Of a DNA stretch of 64,000 nt, positions 47,233 through 57,900 are shown piece after piece (positions within the stretch are counted from its first letter, which is position 1; each line of letters opens with the position of its first letter). The position numbers were made by a program, and so were the translations under genes. The stretch is taken from NCBI GenBank assembly GCA_045132115.1, contig JBGURT010000028.1, positions 2,293 through 66,292 of the forward strand, read 5' to 3'. Under the pieces are notes generated by a model, which ran no database searches, was not told the DNA's origin, and saw only the letters and a program-made list of their open reading frames with translations. This stretch comes from Kiritimatiellia bacterium. Its GTDB lineage: Bacteria; Verrucomicrobiota; Kiritimatiellia; RFP12; UBA1067.

Positions 47233-47270
47233 AGCAGCCTGCCGCCGGAGAATGGCGGCAGGGAGTTACA
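47233..47270 (-). terminator. GC-rich hairpin (CTGCCGCC-ggagaat-GGCGGCAG) followed by T-run on minus strand; putative intrinsic terminator after small peptide gene
   Basis: Stem of 8 bp seen directly; minus-strand sequence ...ctgccgccattctccggcggcaggctgcttttcgg. Confidence 0.45.
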
Positions 47271-47276
47271 AGACGA

Positions 47277-47366
47277 TTACTTGTTCTTGTGGCGCTGAGC
47301 CTTCATACGCTTGTCGTATTTGTGCTTCGACATTTTTTTGCGCCTTTTCTTCTTGATGGATCCCAT
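47277..47366 (-). CDS. possible 29-aa highly basic small protein (MGSIKKKRRKKMSKHKYDKRMKAQRHKNK)
   Basis: Short ORF not in track (<60 aa); followed by terminator hairpin; no confident family assignment. Confidence 0.3.
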   Translation of the reverse strand: MGSIKKKRRKKMSKHKYDKRMKAQRHKNK

Positions 47367-47417
47367 TTTGTTTTTTCCTTGTTGTGAGTTGCCAGGTTAG
47401 CTAGACCTGTTTTCCGA

Positions 47418-48287
47418 TCAGAAAATTATCTTGTTGAGCGGCAGTTCGATTATGCCGGTCGCGCCGGCGGCGGTAAGCGCGGGAATGATGTCGCGGACCT
47501 TCTTCTCCTCGACGACCGCCTCTACCGCATACCAGCCCTCGCCATGGAGTTTGTTGACGGTAGGCGCGTGCAGCCCGGGCAGAACCTTCGTCACCTTGGC
47601 GAGCGACTTCTCCGGCGCGTTGCATTTGAGAAGCACGCGGCGCTGCGCCTCCAAAGCTCCCGTGAGCAGCATTTTGAGCTGCTCGAGCTTGGCGCGCTTG
47701 GCCTTGTTCTTCCAGCTCGCCTTGTTGGCGATGAAACGCGTTGTGGAAGTTAGGATCGTGTCGACGATGCGCAAGTTGTTGGCCCTGAGCGAGCTGCCGG
47801 TCTCGGTGAGATCGACAATCGCATCCACAAGCTCCGGCGCCTTGACTTCCGTCGCGCCCCAACTGAACTACACGTCCGCCTTGACGCCGTTCTTCTTGAG
47901 ATAGCGCTTCACCAGGCCCATCGCCTCCGTGGAAATGCGCTTGCCCTCAAGGTCCTTCACCGTCTTGATCTTGGAGTCGTTCGGGACCGCGAGCACCCAG
48001 CGCACCGGATTGGAGGTGGCCTTGGAATAGTTGAGCTCGCAGATTTCATGCACGTCCGAACCGTTTTCGTAGACCCAGTCGTAACCGCAGATGCCGGCAT
48101 CGAGGAGCCCCAGCTCCACATAGCGGCTCATCTCCTGCGGCCTCAAAAGGCGGCACTTTATCTCCTCGTCGTCAATCGACGGAATATAGCTGCGCGAAGA
48201 GCACGCCACGTTGAACCCGGCGCGCTTGAAGAGCGCGAAAGTCGAATCCTGCAGCGAGCCTTTGGGGAGTCCCAGAACAATTGCCAT
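47418..48287 (-). pseudogene. hisG: ATP phosphoribosyltransferase (long form) interrupted by a single in-frame TAG at 47868-47870
   Basis: Two same-frame ORFs (47868..48287 and 47418..47828) read ...GVKADV[TAG]FSWGATEVKAPELVDAIVDLTETGSSLRANNLRIVD...; HisG motif spans the stop. Confidence 0.7.
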
Positions 48288-48289
48288 TT

Positions 48290-48345
48290 CGAAATTACCT
48301 TATTTTGATACGTAGGCGCGTATTATATCATTTTTCCGACGGATT
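48290..48345 (-). promoter_or_regulatory. sigma70 promoter for hisG: -35 TTGCAA, 17-nt spacer, extended -10 TGATATAATACGCGCC
   Basis: Minus-strand tcTTGCAAatccgtcggaaaaatgaTATAATACGCGCctacg; lies in 3' end of oprM-like gene. Confidence 0.55.
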
Positions 48346-49806
48346 TGCAAGACCGCCGCCCAAAGTTTTGTAAAGCTCGATGAGGTTCAGCGTAATCTGT
48401 CCGCGGCTCACGACAAACTGTTCTTCGAGCGACAGACGGCTGCGCTGCGCATCGAGGACATTGTTGAAGTCCTTGAGGCCGTTGCGGTAGAGATCCTGGG
48501 AAATGGCCACGGCATCGGTCGCCGCCTTGACCGCATTCTCGAGCGCGCTGTAGATGTGGTATTCCTGCGAATAGGCGCTATAGGCGTTGCGCACCTCGGC
48601 ATAAGCCTGGTCGATGGCAAGCTCGTAGGTGAGCGCCGCCTGCTCGGTGCGGGCTTCCTCGGCCTTGACCGAAGAGTAGATCGCCCCGGCGCTGAAGATC
48701 GACCACGAAGCGCTGGGCCCGAAGCTGGACATGAGCGCGCCCTTGGTGATGAGGCGGCTCGTCTGCACCGACTGGTAGCCGATCGATCCGGTTATGAAGA
48801 GCTTGGGGTACCAGGCCGACTTGGCGACGCCGATCCTGGCGCACTGCGCGGCGAGCTTGCGCTCCGCGCTCTGGACATCCGGCCGCGAACGGATCATGTC
48901 AAGCGGGAGCTCGCCAAGCTTCTGCGGCGCAAGCAGCCAATCGCGCTTCAGCTCCACCGGCGCGAGCTTCGCGTGCAAGGCGCCGGGCTTCTCTCCCGCG
49001 AGAATCTCGATCGCGTTCATGAGCTCTTCTTCCTGGGCTTTGAGCGCCGGAATGCGCGCACGCGTCTGCTCCACGACATACGCACACTGGTTAACGGCGA
49101 GTTCGTCGCCGATGCCGGAATCGAGCCGCGACTTGAGGATTTCGTAGGTCTCGGTCTGCAGCATGAGGTTCGCCTCCGCCACGGCAATGCGTTCCTGACA
49201 GGTGCGCAGCGCAATGTATTGCTCGCCAATCTGGGTGGAAAGCTGCAACCATGCGTTGTCCATGTCGCTTGCCGCCCCTTCCATGAGCGCGAGCGCAGCC
49301 TCGGTGGCGCGACGGCTGCCGCCGAAGATATCGATCTCCCAATCCGCCCCGAGTCCGAGATCCGCAACATTGCTGTGGCGCTTCTTGTTGCCGGTAAGCG
49401 CATAAGTTGAAGCCATCGACGAATTGCGGCGGCGGTTCACATTGTCGTACCAGTCTCCGCTCGCGCCAACCTTGGGGAGGAATTCCGAGTATGTCCCCAT
49501 GAGCTCCCAGCTCGCTTCCTCGAGGCGTTTCTGCGCTATCTTATAGGAGATGTTGCTCGCGAACGCGCTCTCGATGAGCGAATCGAGAATAGGGTCGTTG
49601 AACTGCTTCCACCAAAGGTGCATCGTGTCGTCTGAAATCTCGACGCGTTCGTCGCCGTTCGTCATCTGCGGCGGTTCGCCGGCGTCAGGGAGCGCGGCGT
49701 CGATCGCTTTCACTTCCGGTTCCACGTAGTCCGGTCCCACGCTGGGCAGATCCATGCATCCGCAAACGGCCGCCGCCGCGGCAAAACCGATGATCGCTTT
49801 CTTCAT
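48328..49806 (-). CDS. RND efflux outer-membrane factor lipoprotein (NodT/OprM/TolC family)
   Basis: 492 aa; lipobox AAVCGC; two TolC-like repeats. Confidence 0.85.
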   Translation of the reverse strand: MKKAIIGFAAAAAVCGCMDLPSVGPDYVEPEVKAIDAALPDAGEPPQMTNGDERVEISDDTMHLWWKQFNDPILDSLIESAFASNISYKIAQKRLEEASWELMGTYSEFLPKVGASGDWYDNVNRRRNSSMASTYALTGNKKRHSNVADLGLGADWEIDIFGGSRRATEAALALMEGAASDMDNAWLQLSTQIGEQYIALRTCQERIAVAEANLMLQTETYEILKSRLDSGIGDELAVNQCAYVVEQTRARIPALKAQEEELMNAIEILAGEKPGALHAKLAPVELKRDWLLAPQKLGELPLDMIRSRPDVQSAERKLAAQCARIGVAKSAWYPKLFITGSIGYQSVQTSRLITKGALMSSFGPSASWSIFSAGAIYSSVKAEEARTEQAALTYELAIDQAYAEVRNAYSAYSQEYHIYSALENAVKAATDAVAISQDLYRNGLKDFNNVLDAQRSRLSLEEQFVVSRGQITLNLIELYKTLGGGLANPSEK

Positions 49807-49807
49807 G

Positions 49808-52800
49808 TCACTTCTCCTTTGAGAAAATTCCCTTTACGTATTCGCGCCACGTCTGGAAGAGCGCGTAAAGCCCCGGCACCAGCAGTATACCGAAAGCAAC
49901 CGACGCGGCCATGCCGAAGAACTCCGCCGTCCCGAGGTGGTTGCGGCTTGCGGCGCCGGCGCCGGTCGCAAGCATCATCGGGAGCGTGCCGAGGAGCGTG
50001 GTCAATGCCGTCATCAAGAGCGCGCGCAAACGTTCACCCGCCGCGAGTCCCGCCGCGTCCACGATTCCCATACCCTCGATCTCGCGCTTGTCCTTCGCGA
50101 ACTCGACGATCAAAATCGCGTTCTTGGAGGCTAGGCCTATGAGCAGCACGAGCCCGAGCTGAGCATAGATCGAAAGCGAGAAGCCGTATATCTTAAGTCC
50201 GAACAACGCTCCGCACACCGCCACGAATATAGACAGCATCACCGGCAGCGGAATCGTCCAGCTCTCGTACTGCGCCACGAGGAAGAGATACCCGAAGAGA
50301 ATCGCAAGCGCAATCAAAGGCGCGGCGGATCCGGAGTTGCGCTCCTCCTGGTAGGTAAGTCCAGACCACTCGAATCCGTAGTCCTGCGGCAGTTCTTCCC
50401 TGAGCAGATTCTTGATCTGCGCCATCACTTCGCCAGACGCAACGCCGGGCTTGGGCATCACCGTGATCGATGCGGCGAGGAACTGCTGGTAGCGGCTGAC
50501 CGCGCGCGGCCCGATCTCGCGGGTTATCGTCCCCAGGGCCCCCATCGGCACCATGTCGCCAGTGGCGCTGCGCACGTAAAGGCGTTCTACCGCCTCGGGC
50601 GTGGAACGGCCGGCCCAGTCTGACTGCACAGTCACGCGGTTCACCTGGGTGCCGAGATTCACGTCGTTTACATAGCGCGAACCAAGATAATTCTGCAACG
50701 TCGTATAGACGGTGGAAACCGGCACGCGGTACATCTCCGCCTTGGTGCGGTCGAGATGGAATCTGAGGTGCGGAGTCTCGGCGGTGTAGCCGGAGAACGC
50801 GACCATGACGCCTGGAAGAGCGTTGAGTTTGCCCAAAATCCTGTTCTTGACGGTATCGAGGCGCATGGCGTCGGTATCGCCCTTCGATTGCAGTCTCAAG
50901 TCGATGCCGCTGTTGGTGCCGAGGCCCGGAATTGCCGGCGGCACGAACACCTTGACCGACGGCTCGGGAATTTGCGAAAGCACCTGGGTGAGCTTGGGTA
51001 TCATCGCGACGGCATTCTGGTCTGGACGCTTGCGCTCGGACCATGGCGTCAGCTGGATAATCACCATGTTCTGGTTTTCTCCGCGTCCGCCAACCATCGA
51101 AAAGCCGCTGATCGTAAGGACGCTGTCGACTTCCGGCACCTGTTTGAGAAGCACCTCCGTGGCGCGCGCGACCATATCCACGGAGCGCTGCCGCGTGGAG
51201 CCCTCAGGCATTTCCAGCGAAGCGAACACCACCTTCTGGTCTTCCTCCGGGAGGAAGCTCGTCTGGGTGTCGAGATACATCTTCGCCGTGAGGATAATCG
51301 TGAACAAGAGCAGCATGAGCGCAATGAAGATGCGGCTTGCGATCCACTTTGCGAGCATGATGAAGAAGCTCTTGAATTTATCGAGCGCCCAGTTGAACCA
51401 CGCGAACGGGCCGTGCTTGTAGGGGGTGGCCTCGCGCAGCAACAGCGAGCACAATGCCGGCGCCAGCGTGAGCGCGCACACCGTGGAGAAGCAAACCGCC
51501 GCCGAAAGCGTAACCGAGAACTGTTGGTAGATGCGCCCGGTGATGCCGGTCAAAAATCCCACCGGCACGAAGATGCCGAGCAACACGAGCGTAGTCGCGA
51601 TGACCGCGCTCGTCACGTCCTTCATCGCCTGGATCGACGCCTCTTTGGAATTGAGTCCGCGCGTCTCGATGAGATACTGCACACGTTCGACGACGACGAT
51701 GCAGTCGTCCACCACCACGCCGATCGCCAGCACCAGTCCGAAGAGCGTCAAGATGTTGATCGAGTAGTCCAGGACCGCCATCAAGATGAAGGTGGAGGTA
51801 AGCGACACCGGAATCGTAAGGCACGGGATCAAAGTCGCGCGCCAGTCCTGCAGGAAGAGATAGCAGACGAACACCACGAGGAGGAAGGTGATGACGAGCG
51901 TCGCGACGATTTCGCGGATGCACATTCTCACGTATTCCGTGGCGTCGTATGCAAGGACATATTCCATATCCTCAGGGAAAGATTCGCTAAGTTCCTTGAA
52001 CGCCTTCTGCACGGCGTTCATGGCGGCGATGGCATTCGCGCCGGGCTTCTGCTGCAGCGCGATCGAAACCGCGTTGGCACCGTTGTAGAGACCCGCGAAG
52101 GAGTAGTTTTGCTCGCCGATCTCCGTGCGCGCCACGTCTTTGAGCTTGACGATGCCGCCCTTCTCGTCGCGGCGGACGACAATCTCGTCGAACTCCGCCG
52201 GCGTCATCAGACGGCCCTTGGCGACCAGCGAGTAGTTGAACGCCGCATGGTCGCCGGTGGGCGACGCGCCAACCGTGCCTAGCGACGCCTGGATGTTCTG
52301 CTTGGAGATGGCGCTGATGACTTCTTCGGAGTTCATCCCCTGCGCAGCCATGCGCGCCGGATCTAGCCACACGCGCATCGAAAGCTTCGGCCCGTAGATC
52401 GTGCACTCGCCAACGCCGGCGACGCGCAACAACACCGGCTGGATGTTCGCGTAGCAATAGTCGCTAAGCTCCAGGCGCGAGTATGTCCCATTGGGGCTGC
52501 GGAGCGCGAAGAACCCAAGGAAGTCCGTAGACTGCGCACGCACCCTGCCGCCCAATTGCTTCACCTCCGAAGGCAACTTCGCCTCCGCCTGCGAAAGGCG
52601 GTTCTGCACCTTCACGAGGTCCATGTCGCGGTCGCTGCCAACCTCGAACGACACGGTGAGCGAGTATTGTCCGTCGTCCGAGCACTGGCTCGTCATGTAG
52701 ATCATGTCGTCCACGCCGTTGATCTCGTCTTCAACTGGTGTGGCGACGGTGTTGAGCACTTCCGAAGCATTCGCGCCGGGATAGGAATAGCTTACCTGGA

Positions 52801-52969
52801 TTTCCGGCGGCGTGAGCTGGGGATACTGGGAGATCGGCAGTTTGGTGATGCTCAGCGCACCCGCGAGCGTCAGGACGATCGCGATGACCATCGCGAAGCG
52901 CGGGCGCTCGATGAAGACCCTCGAGAAGGTCTTGACCTGATCGATACTTGCGCGGATCGAGAGTTTCAC
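49808..52969 (-). CDS. RND efflux permease (AcrB/MexB HAE1 family)
   Basis: 1053 aa; 12-TM AcrB architecture, conserved motifs (DDCIVVVE, GLASKNAILIVEFA). Confidence 0.9.
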   Translation of the reverse strand: MKLSIRASIDQVKTFSRVFIERPRFAMVIAIVLTLAGALSITKLPISQYPQLTPPEIQVSYSYPGANASEVLNTVATPVEDEINGVDDMIYMTSQCSDDGQYSLTVSFEVGSDRDMDLVKVQNRLSQAEAKLPSEVKQLGGRVRAQSTDFLGFFALRSPNGTYSRLELSDYCYANIQPVLLRVAGVGECTIYGPKLSMRVWLDPARMAAQGMNSEEVISAISKQNIQASLGTVGASPTGDHAAFNYSLVAKGRLMTPAEFDEIVVRRDEKGGIVKLKDVARTEIGEQNYSFAGLYNGANAVSIALQQKPGANAIAAMNAVQKAFKELSESFPEDMEYVLAYDATEYVRMCIREIVATLVITFLLVVFVCYLFLQDWRATLIPCLTIPVSLTSTFILMAVLDYSINILTLFGLVLAIGVVVDDCIVVVERVQYLIETRGLNSKEASIQAMKDVTSAVIATTLVLLGIFVPVGFLTGITGRIYQQFSVTLSAAVCFSTVCALTLAPALCSLLLREATPYKHGPFAWFNWALDKFKSFFIMLAKWIASRIFIALMLLLFTIILTAKMYLDTQTSFLPEEDQKVVFASLEMPEGSTRQRSVDMVARATEVLLKQVPEVDSVLTISGFSMVGGRGENQNMVIIQLTPWSERKRPDQNAVAMIPKLTQVLSQIPEPSVKVFVPPAIPGLGTNSGIDLRLQSKGDTDAMRLDTVKNRILGKLNALPGVMVAFSGYTAETPHLRFHLDRTKAEMYRVPVSTVYTTLQNYLGSRYVNDVNLGTQVNRVTVQSDWAGRSTPEAVERLYVRSATGDMVPMGALGTITREIGPRAVSRYQQFLAASITVMPKPGVASGEVMAQIKNLLREELPQDYGFEWSGLTYQEERNSGSAAPLIALAILFGYLFLVAQYESWTIPLPVMLSIFVAVCGALFGLKIYGFSLSIYAQLGLVLLIGLASKNAILIVEFAKDKREIEGMGIVDAAGLAAGERLRALLMTALTTLLGTLPMMLATGAGAASRNHLGTAEFFGMAASVAFGILLVPGLYALFQTWREYVKGIFSKEK

Positions 52970-54159
52970 AGCTTGAATCCTTCGTAGTCGGCGGCGTTTT
53001 CTTCCGTCTTGGTGGGTTCTACTTCCATCACCTTGGCGCCATCGACAAGCTTGCGCGTGCCGGATATGACATACTTCTGGCCAACAGCGAGACCGCTCAC
53101 CACCGGCACGAATCCCTCATACGTCGGCAACGTCTCCACCGGCACCACGCGAGCGCGGCCTTCTTCGGTAACCGTCCACACCCCGAGTCCGCCCGTAGGC
53201 AAATCGACAACGGCCGACTGCTGGACCATTGGATACTTCGGCGGCTTGGCGCGGTCATAGAGAAGCGTCACGAAGCTGTTCGGGATGAGCATCCGGTCCG
53301 GGTTCGGGAACAGCAGGCGCAACATGATCGACGCCGTTTCGCTGCTCATCTGGTTGTCGTCGAAATCGAACTTGCCGGCATAATCGTATTCTGATCCGTC
53401 CGCGAGGATGATGCGCATGCGCTGCTCGTAGGTCTCGCCGCGCTTCTGGAGTTGGCGCCACTGGATGTAGAGACGGTCCGGAAGCGGGAACGAAACGCGG
53501 ATCGGGTCTACCTGGACGATTCGCGCAAGCGGCCCTTTGGACGGCGCCACATAGTCGCCAACATAAGCGTTGGACTTGCCGATCTGACCGCTTATCGGCG
53601 CGATTACGCGCGTTTTCTTGAGATCGTACTGCGCCACGATGAGGTTGGCTTCGGCCTGCAAAACCTGGGCCTTCGCAGTCTCTACCTGAGCTTCGGCGTT
53701 GTCGCGCTCAAGCTGGGTAATGCCACGCGCGTCGACGCTCTTGAGACGATCGAAATGACGGTTCGCACGACGCTGTTCGGCCTTCGCCGACTCTAGGTCC
53801 GCAAGGCGCTGATTCACCACCGCTTGATAGCGCTCGTCGTCGAGGATGTAAAGGACTTGCCCCTCGGAGACGATGTCGCCTTCCTTGAATTTGATTTCCT
53901 TTACATACCCGTCAACCTGCGGCAGAAGATCCACTTCCTGTGCAGCTTCCGCGTGAGCCACATAGCGCTCAGGAAGATTGTATTCCATCTCCTTTACTTC
54001 ATCCACGGCGATTGTAACCGCCGCCGCTTGCGGCATCGCCGCAATCGCGCCGCCCTTGCCGGCATGGTTTTTCTGCCAGATGCCGCAAAGCATCCAGCCC
54101 GATGCGATACAGATCGCCGCCAGCACTATCGGTCCCACGACTTTCTTCAGGAAATTCAT
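52966..54159 (-). CDS. RND efflux periplasmic adaptor (membrane fusion protein, AcrA family)
   Basis: 397 aa; signal/TM anchor, coiled-coil hairpin, beta-barrel domains. Confidence 0.85.
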   Translation of the reverse strand: MNFLKKVVGPIVLAAICIASGWMLCGIWQKNHAGKGGAIAAMPQAAAVTIAVDEVKEMEYNLPERYVAHAEAAQEVDLLPQVDGYVKEIKFKEGDIVSEGQVLYILDDERYQAVVNQRLADLESAKAEQRRANRHFDRLKSVDARGITQLERDNAEAQVETAKAQVLQAEANLIVAQYDLKKTRVIAPISGQIGKSNAYVGDYVAPSKGPLARIVQVDPIRVSFPLPDRLYIQWRQLQKRGETYEQRMRIILADGSEYDYAGKFDFDDNQMSSETASIMLRLLFPNPDRMLIPNSFVTLLYDRAKPPKYPMVQQSAVVDLPTGGLGVWTVTEEGRARVVPVETLPTYEGFVPVVSGLAVGQKYVISGTRKLVDGAKVMEVEPTKTEENAADYEGFKL

Positions 54160-54268
54160 TTCAGGTGAATCCTTTCTGACTTATTTTTGGATATTGTTTG
54201 TATTATACTATAAATCGGCAAAAAATACAAGAGCGGCCCGGTGGCATGGCGATCTCGGCATCTCAGTG

Positions 54269-54982
54269 CTACCACAGGTTTTCAACCCATTCAATCGCGC
54301 CATCCAAAAGCCCCTTGGGCTTGCTCTCGCTTTGACCGGATGGCGTTGATGATTTAGCGACCGGGACCTCCCCGGGACCAGTCTCCTCGCTCTGCGCCTC
54401 CGTGTCTCTGTGTGGTTTTTCTTCGGCTGCTTTACGCGCCTTGCGCTCGGCAATTATACGGTCGGTCTCGGCCTGGATGCGGTCGAACTCTTCTTTCTCC
54501 TTGCGCTTGCGCTCGAGATTCGCCCGATACTTTTCCTCGGCCTTGGCTTTTCTTTCTTTCTCGATCTGCGCCTTCGTTTTCTTGGGCGGCGCGGTGGGTT
54601 TCTTTTTGTTTTCGCTTGTCGCCTTGGCGGTTTCGTTGCTTACGCTAACCACGGAGTTTGAAGGAGCCGCGGAGGCGCGGAGATCTTTCAAAGAATTCTC
54701 TGCGTTCTTCGCGTCTGCTGCCGGCGCAATGGGGTCGTCGCGCCCTGCCTCCCCTAGACCCTCTGTTCCCGATTCCCTGTTCCCTGTTCCCTCTTTTTCC
54801 CTCGTACGCTCGGCGCTTGCGAGGTTGGCGGCTTTCATGTCGGCGAGCTCGGCGCGGTTCGTGGCCATCGCCGCCATTTGCCGCGCCTCAACGTCGCGCT
54901 CGATGGCCGCCAACTCCTCTTCGTCCGGGGCACACCCGGCGACAAGGACGGCCAGCGCCAGCACGTAGAAAAAGCGTATCAC
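54269..54982 (-). CDS. charged low-complexity lipoprotein (hypothetical)
   Basis: 237 aa; lipobox LVAGC; K/E/R-rich; ATGA overlap with stop of giant gene upstream; contains (TGTTCCC)x4 repeat. Confidence 0.6.
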   Translation of the reverse strand: MIRFFYVLALAVLVAGCAPDEEELAAIERDVEARQMAAMATNRAELADMKAANLASAERTREKEGTGNRESGTEGLGEAGRDDPIAPAADAKNAENSLKDLRASAAPSNSVVSVSNETAKATSENKKKPTAPPKKTKAQIEKERKAKAEEKYRANLERKRKEKEEFDRIQAETDRIIAERKARKAAEEKPHRDTEAQSEETGPGEVPVAKSSTPSGQSESKPKGLLDGAIEWVENLW

Positions 54983-57900
54983 CTTATATGCAGATAGAAT
55001 CCGCCGCGCCTCAAAGACCAGCCTTTTCCGTCGCCGTCCTTCACGAGAATCTTGCCGGCGGCATTGCCTTTTATGATTATATTGTCTTTGGACGGCAGAT
55101 AATCAGAGTCGGAAACGCGCATCACCTGCACGCCGCCTTCGGACAAAATATCCGCGAGGTCTACCGTGAGCCCATTTGCCGTTACCTCGACCGGCGCCAG
55201 AAACATCGGATATGCGCCTTCCGGCAGAACGAGCGTGCCGCCATCGAACGATACGTTGCCGGTAGATACTACCGCCTGTTCGCCGGTCACCTTGAGCGTG
55301 CCGCGCACCGTGAAATTCGTGGAGGCGTAAATGGCGTCTGCAATCGTGAGCTCGCCATCGGACGCAATGAGCACGCCCTCCGCCGCCGTCGCCTCGTCCG
55401 ACCCGATCTCGAAGAGCAATCCGCCCGTCGCTTCTTCCGGCACGGTATTCGAGATCACGCCGGTAAAGTCGCTCGCATCAAGGACCTTGAAGGTGGCAAC
55501 CTTGGCCGATGCTTCTGTCGTGCCCGGGCTCACGAACGTGCCGTCTCCCGTTAGCGACTTGATCTGGGTAACAATACCGGCTGTAGTGGCGTAATTGTAT
55601 TTGAGGCCATAGCCATAATCGCCATCCACAAGTTCTAGCTTGAATGCGCATTCGCTGCCGCCTTGCGGAGTAATCGAGCAGCCTGAAAGCCGCAACTTGG
55701 AATTCTCGTTGCCGAAGTTATCCAGCGACGTGTTGCCGAAATTGACGCCGCGGATTTCCAGCAAGCCCTTCCATTTGGCGGAGTCTTTCAAGGCGGTAGC
55801 CGCCGCGCCTTCGGACGCCTTGGGCCGCGCGCCATCCATGAGGATATTGCCTTCGCCGGACACCGCGACGGAAAGTTCGTTCGTCAACACGAGCGTGATT
55901 CCCGCCGGGATGGAGAAGCCTCCGACCACGAGGCTTGGCGCGATCGTATTCGTGGGGGCGCTGTCCTCGGTGAAGTGCAACACGTCGCCATCGATAGGCA
56001 AGGTGGAGACCTCGGTGTCGCCGTCGAGATAGTAGACCTCCGTATCGCCGTCGACCACACCATCCCCGACCGTCCTGACATAAACATTCATAGCCTCGCG
56101 GGCGGCTTCAGTCTCCATGTAATAGCACCGCTTGGTCGAATCGTACCCGAACGACTTGAAGCGGATTATGCCGCTGTTGGAGGTTGGAGCGCAAGTGACG
56201 CGCGGATTGCTGGTAGAGTCGAGGAATTCCTCGCAAACGCCGGTCAGATCGATGCGGCCGGCGGTGCGGAGCCCGATCAGACAATCGGTGGGATCGAAAT
56301 GCAGCGTGGCGTCTTCGCTCATGTAAAGCGGCACCGTATTCATCTCGATCGCCCCCACATGGACGGTAAGATCAGTCGCGTTGGACATGATGCCGCTAGG
56401 CTCCAGCGCAAACCCGCCGATCGACTTGCGCACGGTGATGGGCTGCGTACCGGTGAAGACAAGATCGCCTACGACCGCATTTTGATTCTGGCCGTTATCC
56501 TCGTTGAGGACAACGTCGAGCCACTGTTCGCAATCGCCTCCGGAGGTGATCGTGACATCGGCATCTTCGAGCGGCAGCGATCCATCGTCGCCTTCGGCCG
56601 CCTCGCCATTGATGGTGTTGATCCAGACCCCGCCGGCCGGTACGTACCAGTCGTTTACGTACCAGTCGTTATCGCCGGTCGAGGAATCAAGTGTGCGCTC
56701 CGATTTTCTGCCAGGCGAGATAAACGGATATTTTTCCGCAAGCGACGCACTCATTGTAGCGCCAATCTGCTGCTGCCACACCTTGATCATGCCGATCTCG
56801 GCCGGATCGTCCGATGCCGGGCGCGTAAGTCCGTTCGTCTTGTCTCCATTGAAAATCGAGCCAACCTGGAAGCCGCTGCCGATCGACAGCCCGGAAGCTG
56901 GATATTGGACTACATGCACGCCGTCGATATAGACATTCACATACGAGGAATTCTTGGAGAATACCACCAAGTGATGCGCAATTGTGGCCGCCTTCACTTT
57001 CATCGCGGCGAGCGTCGTGTAGGATTGCTCGCTGCTCTTGCCCCAGACAAGCTTGATCTCGTTTTCGGTAGAGCCGCGAATCAGCGCCAGGAAGCCGCCG
57101 CCGGCCGAGCCGAACATCACCAGCACGTTATCCTCCAGCGCCGGCAAGGTCGCATATATCGCCGCCGACCATTCTGTCGGATACGAATAACCTTTGTAAG
57201 GATGTACACGCATGTAAAGGCCGCCGGTTTCCGGATCGAGCGATTGCGCCACCGTGAAACCATCTTCCTTCAAATCGCCGTCCGTTCCGCCGGTGCCGGA
57301 GTTCTTGATGGAGTTGTTGTTGAGCAGGCCGTAATTGATGAACGGCCCGTAATTGTCCGTGTTGAAATCGAAGTCCGCCCACGCGAGCACCATCGGCGCC
57401 CAGGAATATGTCCAGGTGCCGTCGCCGTTGTCAACCGCGGTAATCTTGGAACTGGATGCGGTCATGTCGCTATTGTAAAGTTTGATGGCGGTCTTTTCAT
57501 CGTCCCAAATTACCGTAGTGCGGTCGATGGTAAACTTGCCGTCGTTCGCGAAGCTGTCGACAAGGCCCAGCTGGGTTCCCTCCGCAAACTCGATCATGCC
57601 GGCGCCTGCGTTGTGCGTATTCCTGAATACCAAGGTCCCTGCATCGACCACAATCTTGCCGGTGAAGTTATCAAGGTTGCAATCAAGAATCAGCATGCCG
57701 GCACCCCGCTTGACAAGCGTACCCGACCCCGTAAGCGCAGCCGAAAGCGTTACCTTGTTTTCGCGCGTATCGAGAATCGTGGTCGTACCCTCAGCCAACA
57801 CCGTGCCGTTCGCCTTGGCATTGGCGATTTCCATATTGTCCGCCGCGACGATCTTGCCGCCCATCAAATTCAACGTGGCATTCTCCGACAAGAACTGAAT

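Noticed and set aside
47868-47870. Possibility that TAG is a sense codon (alternative genetic code) explaining the hisG interruption
   Set aside because: metK ends at TAG directly upstream of the probable hemW start, and the other genes end normally with TAA, TAG or TGA. This indicates the standard code, so the interruption was reported as a nonsense mutation or error.
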